Positions 52,719-64,000 of a stretch of DNA of 64,000 nt are shown here, in pieces. The translations under genes were made by a program, and so were the position numbers. Origin of the DNA: Octopus vulgaris. Taxonomy: Eukaryota. Position 1 is the stretch's first letter. Each line of letters starts with the position of its first letter. Location of the stretch: NCBI GenBank assembly GCA_951406725.2, contig OX597833.1, positions 42,284,001 through 42,348,000 of the forward strand, in the 5' to 3' direction. Under the pieces are notes generated by a model. That model ran no database searches. It saw only the letters and a program-made list of their open reading frames with translations, and was not told the DNA's origin.

Positions 52719-53160
52719 CCATTATAGGTGTCTACTCTTTGAACCCCCTCTTCAATACGTATTTCACCATGCATTACCCTTCTCGATATCCTACGTTCTA
52801 CTTGCCTAGAACCTGTCCTCTGAACCACCCCTCCCACTGCTATTTCTGCACCCCCACCACCATTATAGCTACTCTACCCCCTCTTCAATACGCTATTTCA
52901 CCATGCATTACCCCTCTCTCGATATCCTACGTTCTACTTGCCTAGAACCTGTCCTCTGAACCACCCCTCCCACTGGTGCTCCCCTATATTTCTGCACCCC
53001 CCCACCACCATTATAGGTGTCTACTCTTTGAACCCCCTCTTCAATACGCTATTTCACCATGCATTACCCCTCTCTCAATATCCTACGTTCTACTTGCCTA
53101 GAACCTGTCCTCTGAACCACCCCTCCCACTGGTGCTCCCCTATATTTCTGCACCCCCCCA
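52719..53160. repeat. ~150-bp C-rich tandem repeat x3
   Basis: Unit CCATTATAGGTGTCTACTCTTTGAACCCCCTCTTCAATACG...CTTGCCTAGAACCTGTCCTCTGAACCACCCCTCCCACTG... repeated with indels. Confidence 0.9.
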
Positions 53161-54792
53161 TAAAAAGCACCATCCGAACGTGGCCGATGCCAGACCCCTC
53201 TGGCACCTGTGCAGGTGGCACGTAAAAAACACCCACTACACTCGCTGAGTGGTTGGCGTTAGGAAGGGCATCCAGCTGTAGAAACACTGCCAGACTAGAC
53301 TGGAGCCTGGGGCAGTCCCGAGCTCCCCAGACCCCGGTCGAAACCGTCCAACCCGTGCTAGCGCAGAAAACGGACGTTAAACGATGATGATGATGATGAT
53401 GATTAAGAGCAATACATACTAAAATTGTTAGAAGGCAAACTTCAACAGTAGATGCTTTATATAAATAGTAATGAAAATCTAGTTTTTACACCAAAATTGT
53501 AATTTCCCTTTAGTTGTATTACTACAATATTTCTAAGGCATGAAATTCATTCATCATTTTTTCTGTAATTCTGAAGTACTATGGCTTTATAAAAATAAAG
53601 CATTTTCAAAATAAACAAAAGTTGAATGAATGAAGTGTGTGTTTGGGTGAAAAAAACAGAAACTAATTAATGGGTATGGCATTTAGTTTTTGAGATTTAA
53701 GGATTCACTAGATGTTTGCATGGCATGTGGGAGAAGGATTAAGGTAAAAAAATGATGCAGTACACAGAGCAATGTCATGGTGTAGCAAGAGATTAGGGAG
53801 TGCAATTCTATTACAATTCAGCTAATTACACTGAGTTGAAGGAACATTTATTTCTGAATTAAGTGTAGGATAAGCACTTTACTACTCTGTATCCACATGT
53901 GCCCTCTATGCAAGCTCCGGCCAAAAAGAACTACTACTCTAAGATCATTCCCAAATACATGTCCAACCTTTACAACGCAAACAAGAAAAAGAAGCTGTTT
54001 TAAAGCAGCCACTTCGCCTGGCTTCCAGTCCCTCATCCTTCATTAGCATACTCACCATCATTGTTTAACGTCTGCTTTCCATGCTAGCATGGGTTGGATG
54101 ATTTGACTGAGGTCTGGCGAACCAAATGGCAGCACCAAACTCCAATCTGATCTGGCAGAGTTTCTACAGCTGGATGCCCTTCCTAACGCCAACCACTCCG
54201 AGAGTGTAGTGGATGCTTTTACGTGCCACTGGCACAAGGGCCAGTCAGGCGGTACTTGCAACGGCCACGCTCAAATGGTGCTTTTTATGTGCCACCTGCA
54301 CAGGAGCCAGTCCAGTGGCACCGGCAACGACCTTGCTCGAATGTTTTTTCACGTACCACCAGCACAAGTGCCAGTAAGGCGACGCAGGTAACGATCACCC
54401 TCGAATGGTGCTTTTTATGTGCCATCGGCATGGAGGCCATCTTGTTGCACTGGCAATGATCACGCTCGTATGGTACTCTTATACTCATAATTTAAAAATA
54501 AATATCCCTATATTAAATGCAGACTGATGGATAGATGTATGATACATGAATGCATATGTGTGTGTGTGTGTGTGTGTGTGGTAATAAACTTGATAAGTCA
54601 GAGATCAAACTGACCAAAACAAAGGGTAGGAATTTAAAAAAATGTAAATGTACTCTTAAAACTATTACACATTTAGATACTTAACCATTAAAAGTTATAT
54701 TGATTAGCAGTTCCTTTACAAAGTTTCAATCCAGTTAATATTGACAAGTAACCATGAATATAATAATGGGTGGTAAAAAGACATTGACTTAC

Positions 54793-54953
54793 TTTGTTAC
54801 TGTATTTTAAATTGGGTAGCAGTTCACCATTTGTTCTGACCCAAGTAATATTCGGAGAAGGAATTCCTGAAGAATTGCACATTAATATTTTGCTACCACC
54901 GAGCTTTAACTCAACTCTAGTTGTTGTCATTGAAAGACTTATTTTAGGTGGTG
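54793..54953 (-). CDS. Lachesin-like exon, Ig2 first half (SPPKISLSMTTTRVELKLGGSKILMCNSSGIPSPNITWVRTNGELLP)
   Basis: cctctag / GTAAGT sites, phase 1-0, LxCxxxGxPxPxITW motif. Confidence 0.93.
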
Positions 54954-55929
54954 CTAGAGGTAAAAAAAAAAAAAAAGAACAAATGAAAGTGTGCAAAAAA
55001 AAAAATCTAGAGCTAGAAGAGACTTTTTGCTAACACTGCGTAAAAACATCAAAGAATTATTTTTGAAGAGGGTTTCATAAAGGGGAGGTACAGTAAGAGA
55101 TAAAACAAAAATTTGGATGATGTGGTAAGTTCTAATTAAATACTGTGCTTTAGAGGTAGGATTAGACACAATCAATACACATGGAGAAACACTCCTGTAG
55201 AGGAGACATGTTTCTAGCTAATGCATCAGGGACTGGATTAAACAAAGCCTGCAGTTATATCTTCAGGTCCCTAACATTGCAGATCTGATAGTCTAAATAA
55301 GAATATTCAAAAGATGGATGGAGTATATATGACACAAAAAAACTGCTTCAAGATCATTATTTTAATCATGAAGTCTTTTAGACAAATATTGTCAAAAGAT
55401 ATTAATGTGTGTATGTGTGAGAATAAGCAAAAACAGGTGTTATTCAAAGCTTTATAGGACATACACGTTTTCTGAAAATGCTGAAATAATTACATAAAAA
55501 ACATCATGTAATCATGTATTTTCACCTCATCAGTCAGTGTCCCACCATAAATACCCACTTTACTGTCTCCTTTATTTTGATACACACACACACACACACA
55601 CAGATATATGAGTGAGTGTGTGTGCTTGTGTGTGCGTATTTGTGTAGGAATTTAAAAAATGTAAATACACACTGTGACTTGATAAATAAAGTTTGTTTAT
55701 GTCTCTGTAACTAAGTGATTAAGGGTCAATTTGTGCACCTAAAACCCTTCAAGGTGGTATCCCAGCATGGCCAAAGTGCAATGACTGAAGTAAGTAAAAG
55801 ATTGAAGATAAAGATCTGAGATATTCAGGACACAGTGAGCTACTTTGAAAGACAAGTAGGAGAGTTTAGTCTGCCAGTATCCTTAACTTTGAAAGATCTC
55901 ATGTAATAAAAAAGAAAAAATGTATTTAC

Positions 55930-56179
55930 AAAGAACAGTGATGAATCCATATTTTTTTGGATAGTTTTCAGGTGAGCTTCCAACAGTTTCAATGGAACAG
56001 ATGTAACGTCCAGCATCGTCCTCTTGCAGAAAGCGAACTATTAATGTGAAAGTAATTCGGTCACTGGATCCATGTTTCCTTATCTCAAACCTTTTAAGGC
56101 CTTCAATTTCTTTGTTCTCAACATTGATAACTTCACCTCGACTCAGTAGTTGGTTTGAGTTGCTAAAAGACCAGGTAAC
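55930..56179 (-). CDS. Lachesin-like exon, Ig1 second half (VTWSFSNSNQLLSRGE...TFTLIVRFLQEDDAGRYICSI...GFITVL)
   Basis: ttcatag / GTAAAT sites, phase 0-1, DAGRYIC motif; absent from the ORF track. Confidence 0.92.
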
Positions 56180-56281
56180 CTATGAAGACAAAGCAAAACT
56201 GATGTTCTAAATTGATGAATAACCACAACCAATTCACATTTGCTTCAGATTTCCTTTGCTGTTCATACACAGATGCAAGAA

Positions 56282-56334
<53 letters not shown>

Positions 56335-56360
56335 CATACATACATACATATATATATATA

Positions 56361-56562
56361 CTTTATTTAAAGCAGCAGAAATTCAACAAAACCTGTTACT
56401 CGGAGTTTCACGTTCCCGTTCGTTGAACAGTAGAACGGGAACGTGAAACTCTGAGTAATAGGTTTTGTTGAATTTCTGCTGCTTTAATTAAAGCATATTA
56501 CTCTACCCCTGGTATTTGAGTATTCTTTTTTCCACCTTGTTTCACATTTATGTGTTTACTCC

Positions 56563-56565
<3 letters not shown>
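56361..56565. mobile_element. Short PLE-type element with inverted ~60-bp arms between (TA)n tracts, hammerhead-like motif
   Basis: Arms 56361-56421 / 56433-56493; rc of 56393-56430 is CTGT-TCAACGA-AC-GGGAAC-GT-GAAAC-TCCGA-GTA-ACAG. Confidence 0.6.
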
Positions 56566-56602
<37 letters not shown>

Positions 56603-56643
56603 GCAAGATATTTTATGTGAAGTCGTGCGTTGAAACAGATATT

Positions 56644-56876
56644 GTTGTATTTCGGAATGGTCATTTTGCCAGTTTAGCCAATAAAAACACACGCACTATA
56701 TATTTGGTGTTACTTTGCTTCAGTGTTATTTATTTTTTTACATTAAACTTAATCTGGCTGAAATAAGATTAAGTTTAATGTAAAAAATAAATAACACTGA
56801 AGCAAAGTAACACCAAATATATAGTGCGTGTGTTTTTATTGGCTAAACTGGCAAAATGACCATTCCGAAATACAAC
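56644..56876. repeat. Near-perfect inverted repeat, ~112-bp arms, 10-nt loop
   Basis: GTTGTATTTCGGAATGG...AAACTTAATCT ggctgaaata AGATTAAGTTT...CCATTCCGAAATACAAC; by eye the arms differ only in one homopolymer length. Confidence 0.92.
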
Positions 56877-56909
56877 TATATATATATATGTATATATCCA
56901 CACATGCAC

Positions 56910-57810
56910 ATAAGCCATGTATAGGGATACTGCCAGTAAGGTGAAGGTTTGCAATGAGTATAGCAATGAATTCTGTGTACAGGTATGAGTTCACCAAGGA
57001 TCAGTTCTCATTCCTCTCCTGTTTATCTTAGTTCTCCAGGCCTTAAAAGAGGAATTCAAGACTGGGTGTCCCTGGGAGCTCCTGTATGCTGATGACCTTG
57101 TTCTTATATCTGAATCACTACCTGGCCTAGAGAACAAATTTCAGGTGTGGAAACTAGGTTTGGAATCTAAGGGCCTTATAGTTAATTTAGTAAGTAGGAA
57201 GACAGACAACTTACAAGTCACCTCTGGAAGATGGTCCTGCTCAAAATGCAAGAAGGGTGTTGGTAGAAACTCCATATGTTGTCCCAGCGCAAGCTTTGGA
57301 CACATAAGAAATGTAGTGGTATCATAGGAAGGTTAATGGAGAATATAGTCTTTGTATGTGGCAAATGTGCAGACAATAGATTCCCTCAAGGGGATGGCGG
57401 GGTGGAGAATTATTAGAAGTAGTAGATAGCTTCTGTTACCTGGAAGACCAAGTTAACAGTGGTGGATGAAGTTCTGAAAGTGATGTTGCTAGGATAAGAA
57501 CAAAGCAGTTTGCATGATGTCTGTGTACAAACAGCTTTGTTACATGGCAGTGAAACATGGGCTTTGACTACAGATGGCTTATGAAGGCTTGAAAGAAATG
57601 AAGGTAGCACAACAAAGTGTAAATGATTTAAGAGGAAAGCTGATTATAAGACGTATCAGATGTTGTGTGCAAGAGAAAACTGTGCTGGTTTGGTCATGTG
57701 ATGCATATGAATGAGGACAGCTGAGTAAAGAAGAGCTGAGCTTAAAGTGTGGAGGGTACCTGTGGAAGGGGTGAACCCAGGAAGATGTAGGACAAAGTGG
57801 GGAGAAAGGA
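56910..57810 (+). mobile_element. RTE-clade LINE RT fragment with embedded Cys/His zinc finger
   Basis: HQGSVL.PLLF, PWELLYADDL, GRWSCSKCKKGVGRNSI, F.YL, LHGSETW and WFGHV motifs; frameshifted. Confidence 0.85.
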
Positions 57811-57829
57811 TCTTCTTATTCTATTCTTA

Positions 57830-60680
57830 TTGTAGCAGCTACACTCTCAGAGCATCCATCCCCGCTACTGACTTGGTCACCTAGGTAATGGAAGCTATCA
57901 ACTACACCTAGTTTTTTCCCCTGGCATGTGATGGAAGCTGTTTTCTGCACATGTTCAGTGATTATTGCCCCGTGCATCTGCCACGCAAAAAACTATCTTC
58001 CCAGTTAACCTTCCTTTGATATTCTTTTCTACTCTAGGCACAAGGCCCAAAATTTTGGGGGAGGGGGCCAGTCGATTAGATCAACCCCAGAATGCAACTG
58101 GTACTAAATTTATCAACTTCAGAAGGATGAAAGGCAAAGCTGACCTTGGCGGAATTTGAACTCAGAACATAAAGACAGACGAAATACCATTAAGCATTTC
58201 ACCCAGCATGCTAATGTTTCTGCCAGCTCACCACCTTTGATTATCGTTGCACCTCTTATGTGCCTATAGCTTACATCAGATATATCTTATGGAGTTTCTA
58301 CCTACATCGAACAAGCAGGGCCATTACCTGAAGGGATTTGTGGTTTGTCTACCTTTCTACTTGCTAAGACTTTGATTTTTGCTAGATTGATTCAAGGCCC
58401 TTTGATTCTAGACCTTCTTTCCACACCTGAAACTTCTCTAATTTTGGTACTGACTCAGCTATTAGAGCAAGGTCGTCAGCATAGAGGAGCTCCCAGGGGC
58501 AATCTTGAATTCCTCTGTTATTGCCTGAAGTACTATGATAAGAGGACTCTGAGGACTGATCCTTGGTGGACCCCTACTCCTACCCAGAATTCTTCACTAT
58601 ACTCACTGCCAAACCTCACCTTACTGACAGCATCCCTGTACATGGCTTGTACAGTTCTCACTAACAACTCATCTATCCCTAGTTTCCAAATTGACCACCA
58701 GATAAGGGATTGGGGGACTCTGTCAAAGGCTTTCATCATGTCAACGAAAGCCAAGTACAGGAATTTGGCTAGGAATTTCTCCTGCAGCCATCTTACCAAA
58801 AATATAGTACCAGTGGTGCTTCTCTGTGGCACAAACTTAAACGGTATCTCCCACATACAAAAGTTAGTTTCTCTGTTAACCTTCCTTTGATGTTGCTGTA
58901 CCTTATGTGTGTCCAAAGCTTACACTGGGTGCATCTTGTGGAGTTTCTACCTACACCTTTTCTACAGATTGAGCAGGGCCATCTACCTGAGGGGATTTGT
59001 GATTTGTCTGCCTTCCTACTTACTATGACTTTGGTTACTGCTATGTTAATTCTAAGGACCTTTGATTCTAGACCTTGTTCCATACCTGGAACTTCTCTAG
59101 CTTTGGTAGTGATTCAGCTATAAGAGCAAGGTCATCAGCATAGAGGAGATCCCAAGAGTAGCTTGTCTCGAATTCCTCTGTTACTGCCTGGAGGACTATG
59201 ATGAACAGGAGGGGGCTGAGCACCGATCCTTGGGGAACCCCTACTTGTACCGTGAATTCTTCGCTGTACTCATTGCCTACCCTCACCTTACTGATAGGAT
59301 CCCTGTACAAGGCTTGTATGGCTCTCACCAGCCACTCTGGGAGTGTAGTGGGTACTTTTTACATGCCACAAGCATGGGAGCAAGTCACTAGAATCGACCA
59401 CAAGCAAGCCAGTGGCACTGGCATCAACCATGCTTGAATGGTACTTTTTACATGCGAGTCAGGTGATATTGGCATCAGCCATGACAATGATTTCACTTGA
59501 CTCAACAGGTCTTCCCAAGCACAGCATATTGCTAAGGACTGAAAGGTACTTTTAAACAGTCCAGTTATGCGATACTAGCATCAGCTGTGGATATGATCTC
59601 ATTTGGCTACCTAGGTCTTCTCAAGTACAGCATATCTCCAAAGGTCTTGGTCACTTGTCATTGCCTCTGTGAGACCCAATGTTTGAAGGTTGTACTTCAC
59701 CACCTCATCCCAGGTCTTTCTGGGTCTATCTCTTCCACAGGTTCCCTGCACTGTTGTCCTCATCCATACACAATACATGACCATACCAGCGCAGTCGTCT
59801 CTCTTACACCCCCACATCTGATGTTTCTCATATCCAACTTTTCTTTCAGGGCACTTACATTCTGTTGAGTATGCACACTGACATTAGACATCCAGCAAGA
59901 GCATACTAGCTTCATTTCTTCCAAGCCGACACATGTCCTCAGCAGTCACAGCCCATGTTTCACTACTGTGTAACATAGCTGTTCACACGAATGCATCATA
60001 CAGTCTACCTTTCATCTGAGTAAGAGGCCCTTTGTTACCAGCAGAGGTAAGAACTCTCTGAGCTTTGCCCAGGCTATTCATATTCTAGTTGCTACATTCT
60101 CAGAGAATCCAATGACTTGGTCATTTAGGTAATGGAAGCTATCAACTACTTCTAGTTTTTTCCCCTGGCATGTGATGGAATCTGTTTTCTATACATCTTT
60201 GGTATTTATTGTCCTATGCATCTGCCACACACAAAAGCAATCTTTCCAGTTAACCTTCCTTTGATATTGCTGCATCTCTTATGTGTCCATAGCTTACACT
60301 GGGTACATCTTATGGAGTTTCTACCTACGCCTTTTTAAAGATCAAACAGGGCCATCTACCTGATTTGTCTGCCTTCTACTAAGACTTTCGTTTTTGCTAG
60401 ATTGACTCTAAGGCCCTTTGATTTTAGACTTTGCTTCCACACTGAAACTTCGCCCCTAGTTCTGGTAGTGATTCAGCTATTAGAGCAAGGTCATCAGCAT
60501 AGAGGAGCTCCCAGGGGCAGCTGTCTTGAATTCCTCTGTTACTGCCTGGAGGACTATGATGAATAAGAGGGAGCTGAGGACTGATCCTTGCTGAACCCTC
60601 ACTTCTACTCAGAATTCTTCACTATACTCATTACCAATCCTCACCTTACTGACAGCATCCCAGTACATATGGCTTGCATT
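57830..60680 (-). mobile_element. Cluster of tandem RTE LINE RT fragments (3-4 overlapping copies) plus a SINE B
   Basis: Repeated LAFVDMMKAFDRVP, VGVHQGSVL, DLLYADDLALIAES and GRWPCSICRKGVGRNS..CTQCKLWTH, plus 3' end GRDRPRKTWDEVV...LWRYAVLEKT. Confidence 0.88.
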
Positions 60681-61110
60681 TTTCACGCACACAGAGATTA
60701 TATAAATATATCTTATAGAGACGCTAATATCATTATGATAATGAGGAGAAGCAATAGAAAGAAGAAACTGAACAAAAACAATGAAGATTATTAACTAAAA
60801 AGATAGACAAAGTATTACACACAAACAGATGATACTAACAGCTTGAGAAAAGAACATAACAAAATAAATTTGATTTAAAATAATTTTACATAACATTGGA
60901 AATAGAAGGAATATTAAGCCAAATATAAAGACTAAAACATGTACGCCAGTATCAGACATGGTTTACCATCATGTAGGTTGCACGACTAAAATAATTCCCC
61001 AAAATTTCTTTGCTATGTATGTCACTCAGAAAGTCCTGCAAGCTACAGGTTTTCCCATGACTGAAGTAAAACATATCATAAATGGAGACAAGCTTACAAA
61101 ATTCTCTTAC

Positions 61111-61217
61111 CGCATTTGTTCCCAACCGAGCCACAGTACAATTTAGCATACCAGTCTCCCCAATTCTCTTTATGTCTGGAAGTATATCATCAACAATGCT
61201 AGGTTCTTGACCATAAC
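61111..61217 (-). CDS. Lachesin-like exon, Ig1 first half (YGQEPSIVDDILPDIKRIGETGMLNCTVARLGTNA)
   Basis: ctctgcag / GTAAGA sites, phase 1-0, GxTxxLNCTV motif of lachesin/IgLON-type first domains; upstream signal-peptide exon not located. Confidence 0.88.
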
Positions 61218-62648
61218 CTGCAGAGAGGAAAGAAAAGTGATGGCATTAAGTTAAACTTTTGATAATAAAGGCAGCCAAATGAAATCATCATAAAAGTTAT
61301 GAATTTGCTTAAAGCAAACATGAAGCAAAAGTTATTGCCATGTCAATTTTGAAAAGAGGAAAGAAATATATCAAATGATATATACATATACAACATATTT
61401 CACACCATTAATTATGAATGCTAAAGGTATGTTCCACAGTATTCCATATGTTGTGGAGGGGAAAATCAGAAGTGCTTTTCTCATAATAATTTAACATTTC
61501 GAGATTTGAGTTTGTTTGGGCAGTGAAGCTTCTAGTTTTTACAAAGTCACCTGTGCCACCCTGTGACAATCTGATGATGTTGTAGAACACAAAACATGTG
61601 CTGTTGTGGAGGGAAACAGAAAATTTCCTTTTTTTAAAGCTTCCATTTCACTTTTAAAATTCTCTAATCTTGAAACAATATACAAAAACTAATTGAATGC
61701 TGAATTACAATGTTTTATCTTTGTCAAAAAGATAACAGAAAGAAATCCCATTCTTTCGGGTTTTTTGAGTGGTACGGTACCTTGTAGGACAGTATACCAT
61801 TGCAGAGGGGAAAATGTATCCACTTCAAGAACTTGTTATAAATTAAACATTTATACTGCAAGTGTGCCAACAATATACTTTAATTTCCAAGTTTGTTCAA
61901 CTGTACAAAGTTTTCAAAAGTTTCCACAAAGTTTGGAGCAAATCTATATTTAGCTTTAAAATGGGAAGCTAGAAAATAAATATATATAAATAAATAAGAT
62001 CAATTAAAATGAAAATATTATAAATAATTATTCAAGAACATTCAATCTAAACTTTTTGTGCACATGAAGGAGTTATTATACTGACCTTGGACAGAACAAA
62101 AAAACATGTGGCCATTTTGAAAACATTATTGAGTAGCTCTGGCCTAAAAACAGAGGTTCTGAAATGCAAGTTCTGAATTGGCCATTTGTGCAAGAACTAA
62201 CAAAACTTAAAGGCCCTAAAATGTTGCAGAGGGGAAAATTATTTATTGGACAAGTAACACTGGTGTTCCTCTGAAGCAGCTTTAGGTTTTCGATATTACT
62301 GAATTTTCCAGTGTTGTTACCATGTTAGCTATATCATAATCAATTCTACTATCACAATATGGCTATATTTAGTGCTTTTCAATGCTATTTACATCTTCGT
62401 TAGTATTTAAATGCATATATTTGCTAGATCCAGTAGGTGGGTAATTGAACTGTTGTTGCATTTTATTATTGTTTATGTGGTGCATATGCTGCTCTAAATT
62501 AGTAGAGTTAGCATACAATACCTTAATGGTATGCTGATTAAAAATAAGCATGGTATCAGATTTAAGAAAACATTTGTCTAACGTGGCAAAAAATTTTCCA
62601 GCAATCTTGGTTGAAACGTGGACAGAAAATTGGGTTGTACCAGAAGAC

Positions 62649-63052
62649 AGATCTTTTGGGTTTGGACGGCAGTTTTTAACATAATTTCTAGGTAACTAAA
62701 AAATTTTAAACTTCGTATACTGGTAGAATGTGTTTATAAAACATCTTTTTCTCTTGGCTTTATTGAGAAAATTCTATAGTTTGTAAGATATTTGTTGTTT
62801 TTTTTTCTTCAATTTCTGCAATTTCAACCAATCAGTGATGTCTATTGAGTTGAAAAGCATTGTGCCGTATGAATATGTCCCTCGTGTAAGAAACACATTG
62901 GGTTTATTTACATTTGTGAAGAAAAAAAAGATACCCTTCCCCTAACCCTAAAAGAGATTGAAATGCAATAGATCGATTCTAGGGTCATAATTATGGGCGA
63001 CAATTTCATATGACACCGCTAGAAAAAACTGCTGTTCAAACCGAAAAGATCC
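62649..63052. mobile_element. Monomeric MITE with ~28-bp TIRs and 8-bp TSD (Merlin- or hAT-like)
   Basis: AGATCTTTTGGGTTTGGACGGCAGTTTTT...AAAAACTGCTGTTCAAACCGAAAAGATCC; flanks CAGAAGAC / CACAAGAC (7 of 8 match). Confidence 0.8.
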
Positions 63053-64000
63053 CACAAGACATCATGATTGATGTTGTTTGGCTTATTTGATTTAGTGTGT
63101 TATACGGGATTGGAACAATTTACTGGGTTATGAGTGTTGGATTATTGAGTCGTATGTCTATGAGTTTTCATTGGTAGTTCATTGCCTTGACCAATTGTAT
63201 TCTTGACCAGCATGTATTCTTGATCTGAGTAAGTTCTCATACTGTAACTTTGTGATGGTGTACAATGTGTATTGTTATTAGAGGAATCAACAGGGTTTTG
63301 TATGCCTGCTTCTTGTATATATTGAATTTTCTCACAGTATCCATTATAATAAGCTGCATGTGATTCGAACAGATAATGTAGAAATTCTTGTTGAAATATT
63401 CTGAACTAAAGCTAGATGTATTGAAACAATTGTCGTGATTGATAAAAATTCTCTTATCTTCCATCTTTCATTTACCATATACGTAACAGATAATGTGAAA
63501 GTGACTGTGCTTTACCAGTAAGTTAGCAGGTATAAACCATTCATTTTATGATATATATATAATGTGCAGGTGTATCTCAAATAACATATGTATGTATGTA
63601 TGTATATATGTATGTAAGGCACATGGCTCAGTGGTTAGAGCATCGAGCTTATGATCGTGAGGTTGTGAGCTCGAATCTCGGACCGGGTTGTGTGTTATGT
63701 TCTTGAGCAAGACACTTTATTTCACGTTGCTCCAGTTAATTCAGCTGTAGAAATGAATTGCGACGTCACGAGTGCTAAGCTGTATCAGCTGCTGCCTTTC
63801 CCTTGGATAACACTGGTGGCGTAGAGAGGGGAGGCCGGTATGCATGGGTGACTGCTGGTCTTCCATAAACCACCTTGCCCAGACTTGTGACTAGGAGGGT
63901 AATTTTCTAGTTGCAATCCCATGGTCAGTGTCGTGACCGAAGGGGGTCCCGACCCGATATATATATATATATGTCTCACACCATCTCCGATAAAGGGATA

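Overview
AT-rich, repeat-dense eukaryotic genomic DNA. The SINE/LINE families and (TA)n/(CAT)n/(GATA)n load point to an octopus (cephalopod) genome; the species is inferred. Two convergent spliced genes can be reconstructed by hand, with GT-AG sites and consistent reading phases. On the + strand is a class-2 POU transcription factor (Oct1/nubbin-pdm type) with 7 coding exons from 11681 to the stop at 35823; its 5' exon(s) were not found. On the - strand is a lachesin-like, 3-Ig, probably GPI-anchored adhesion protein with 6 coding exons from 61217 to the stop at 45846; its signal-peptide exon was not found. Introns are filled with tRNA-derived SINEs, RTE and CR1 LINE fragments, mariner, piggyBac-like, Merlin/hAT-like and Helitron-like elements, and Penelope-like (PLE) remnants. 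The most unusual signal is a recurrent set of long inverted repeats and short PLE-associated elements carrying minimal hammerhead-ribozyme motifs. One of these fuses a tRNA-like Pol III head to a hammerhead and is present as a head-to-head palindrome (8761-9293).
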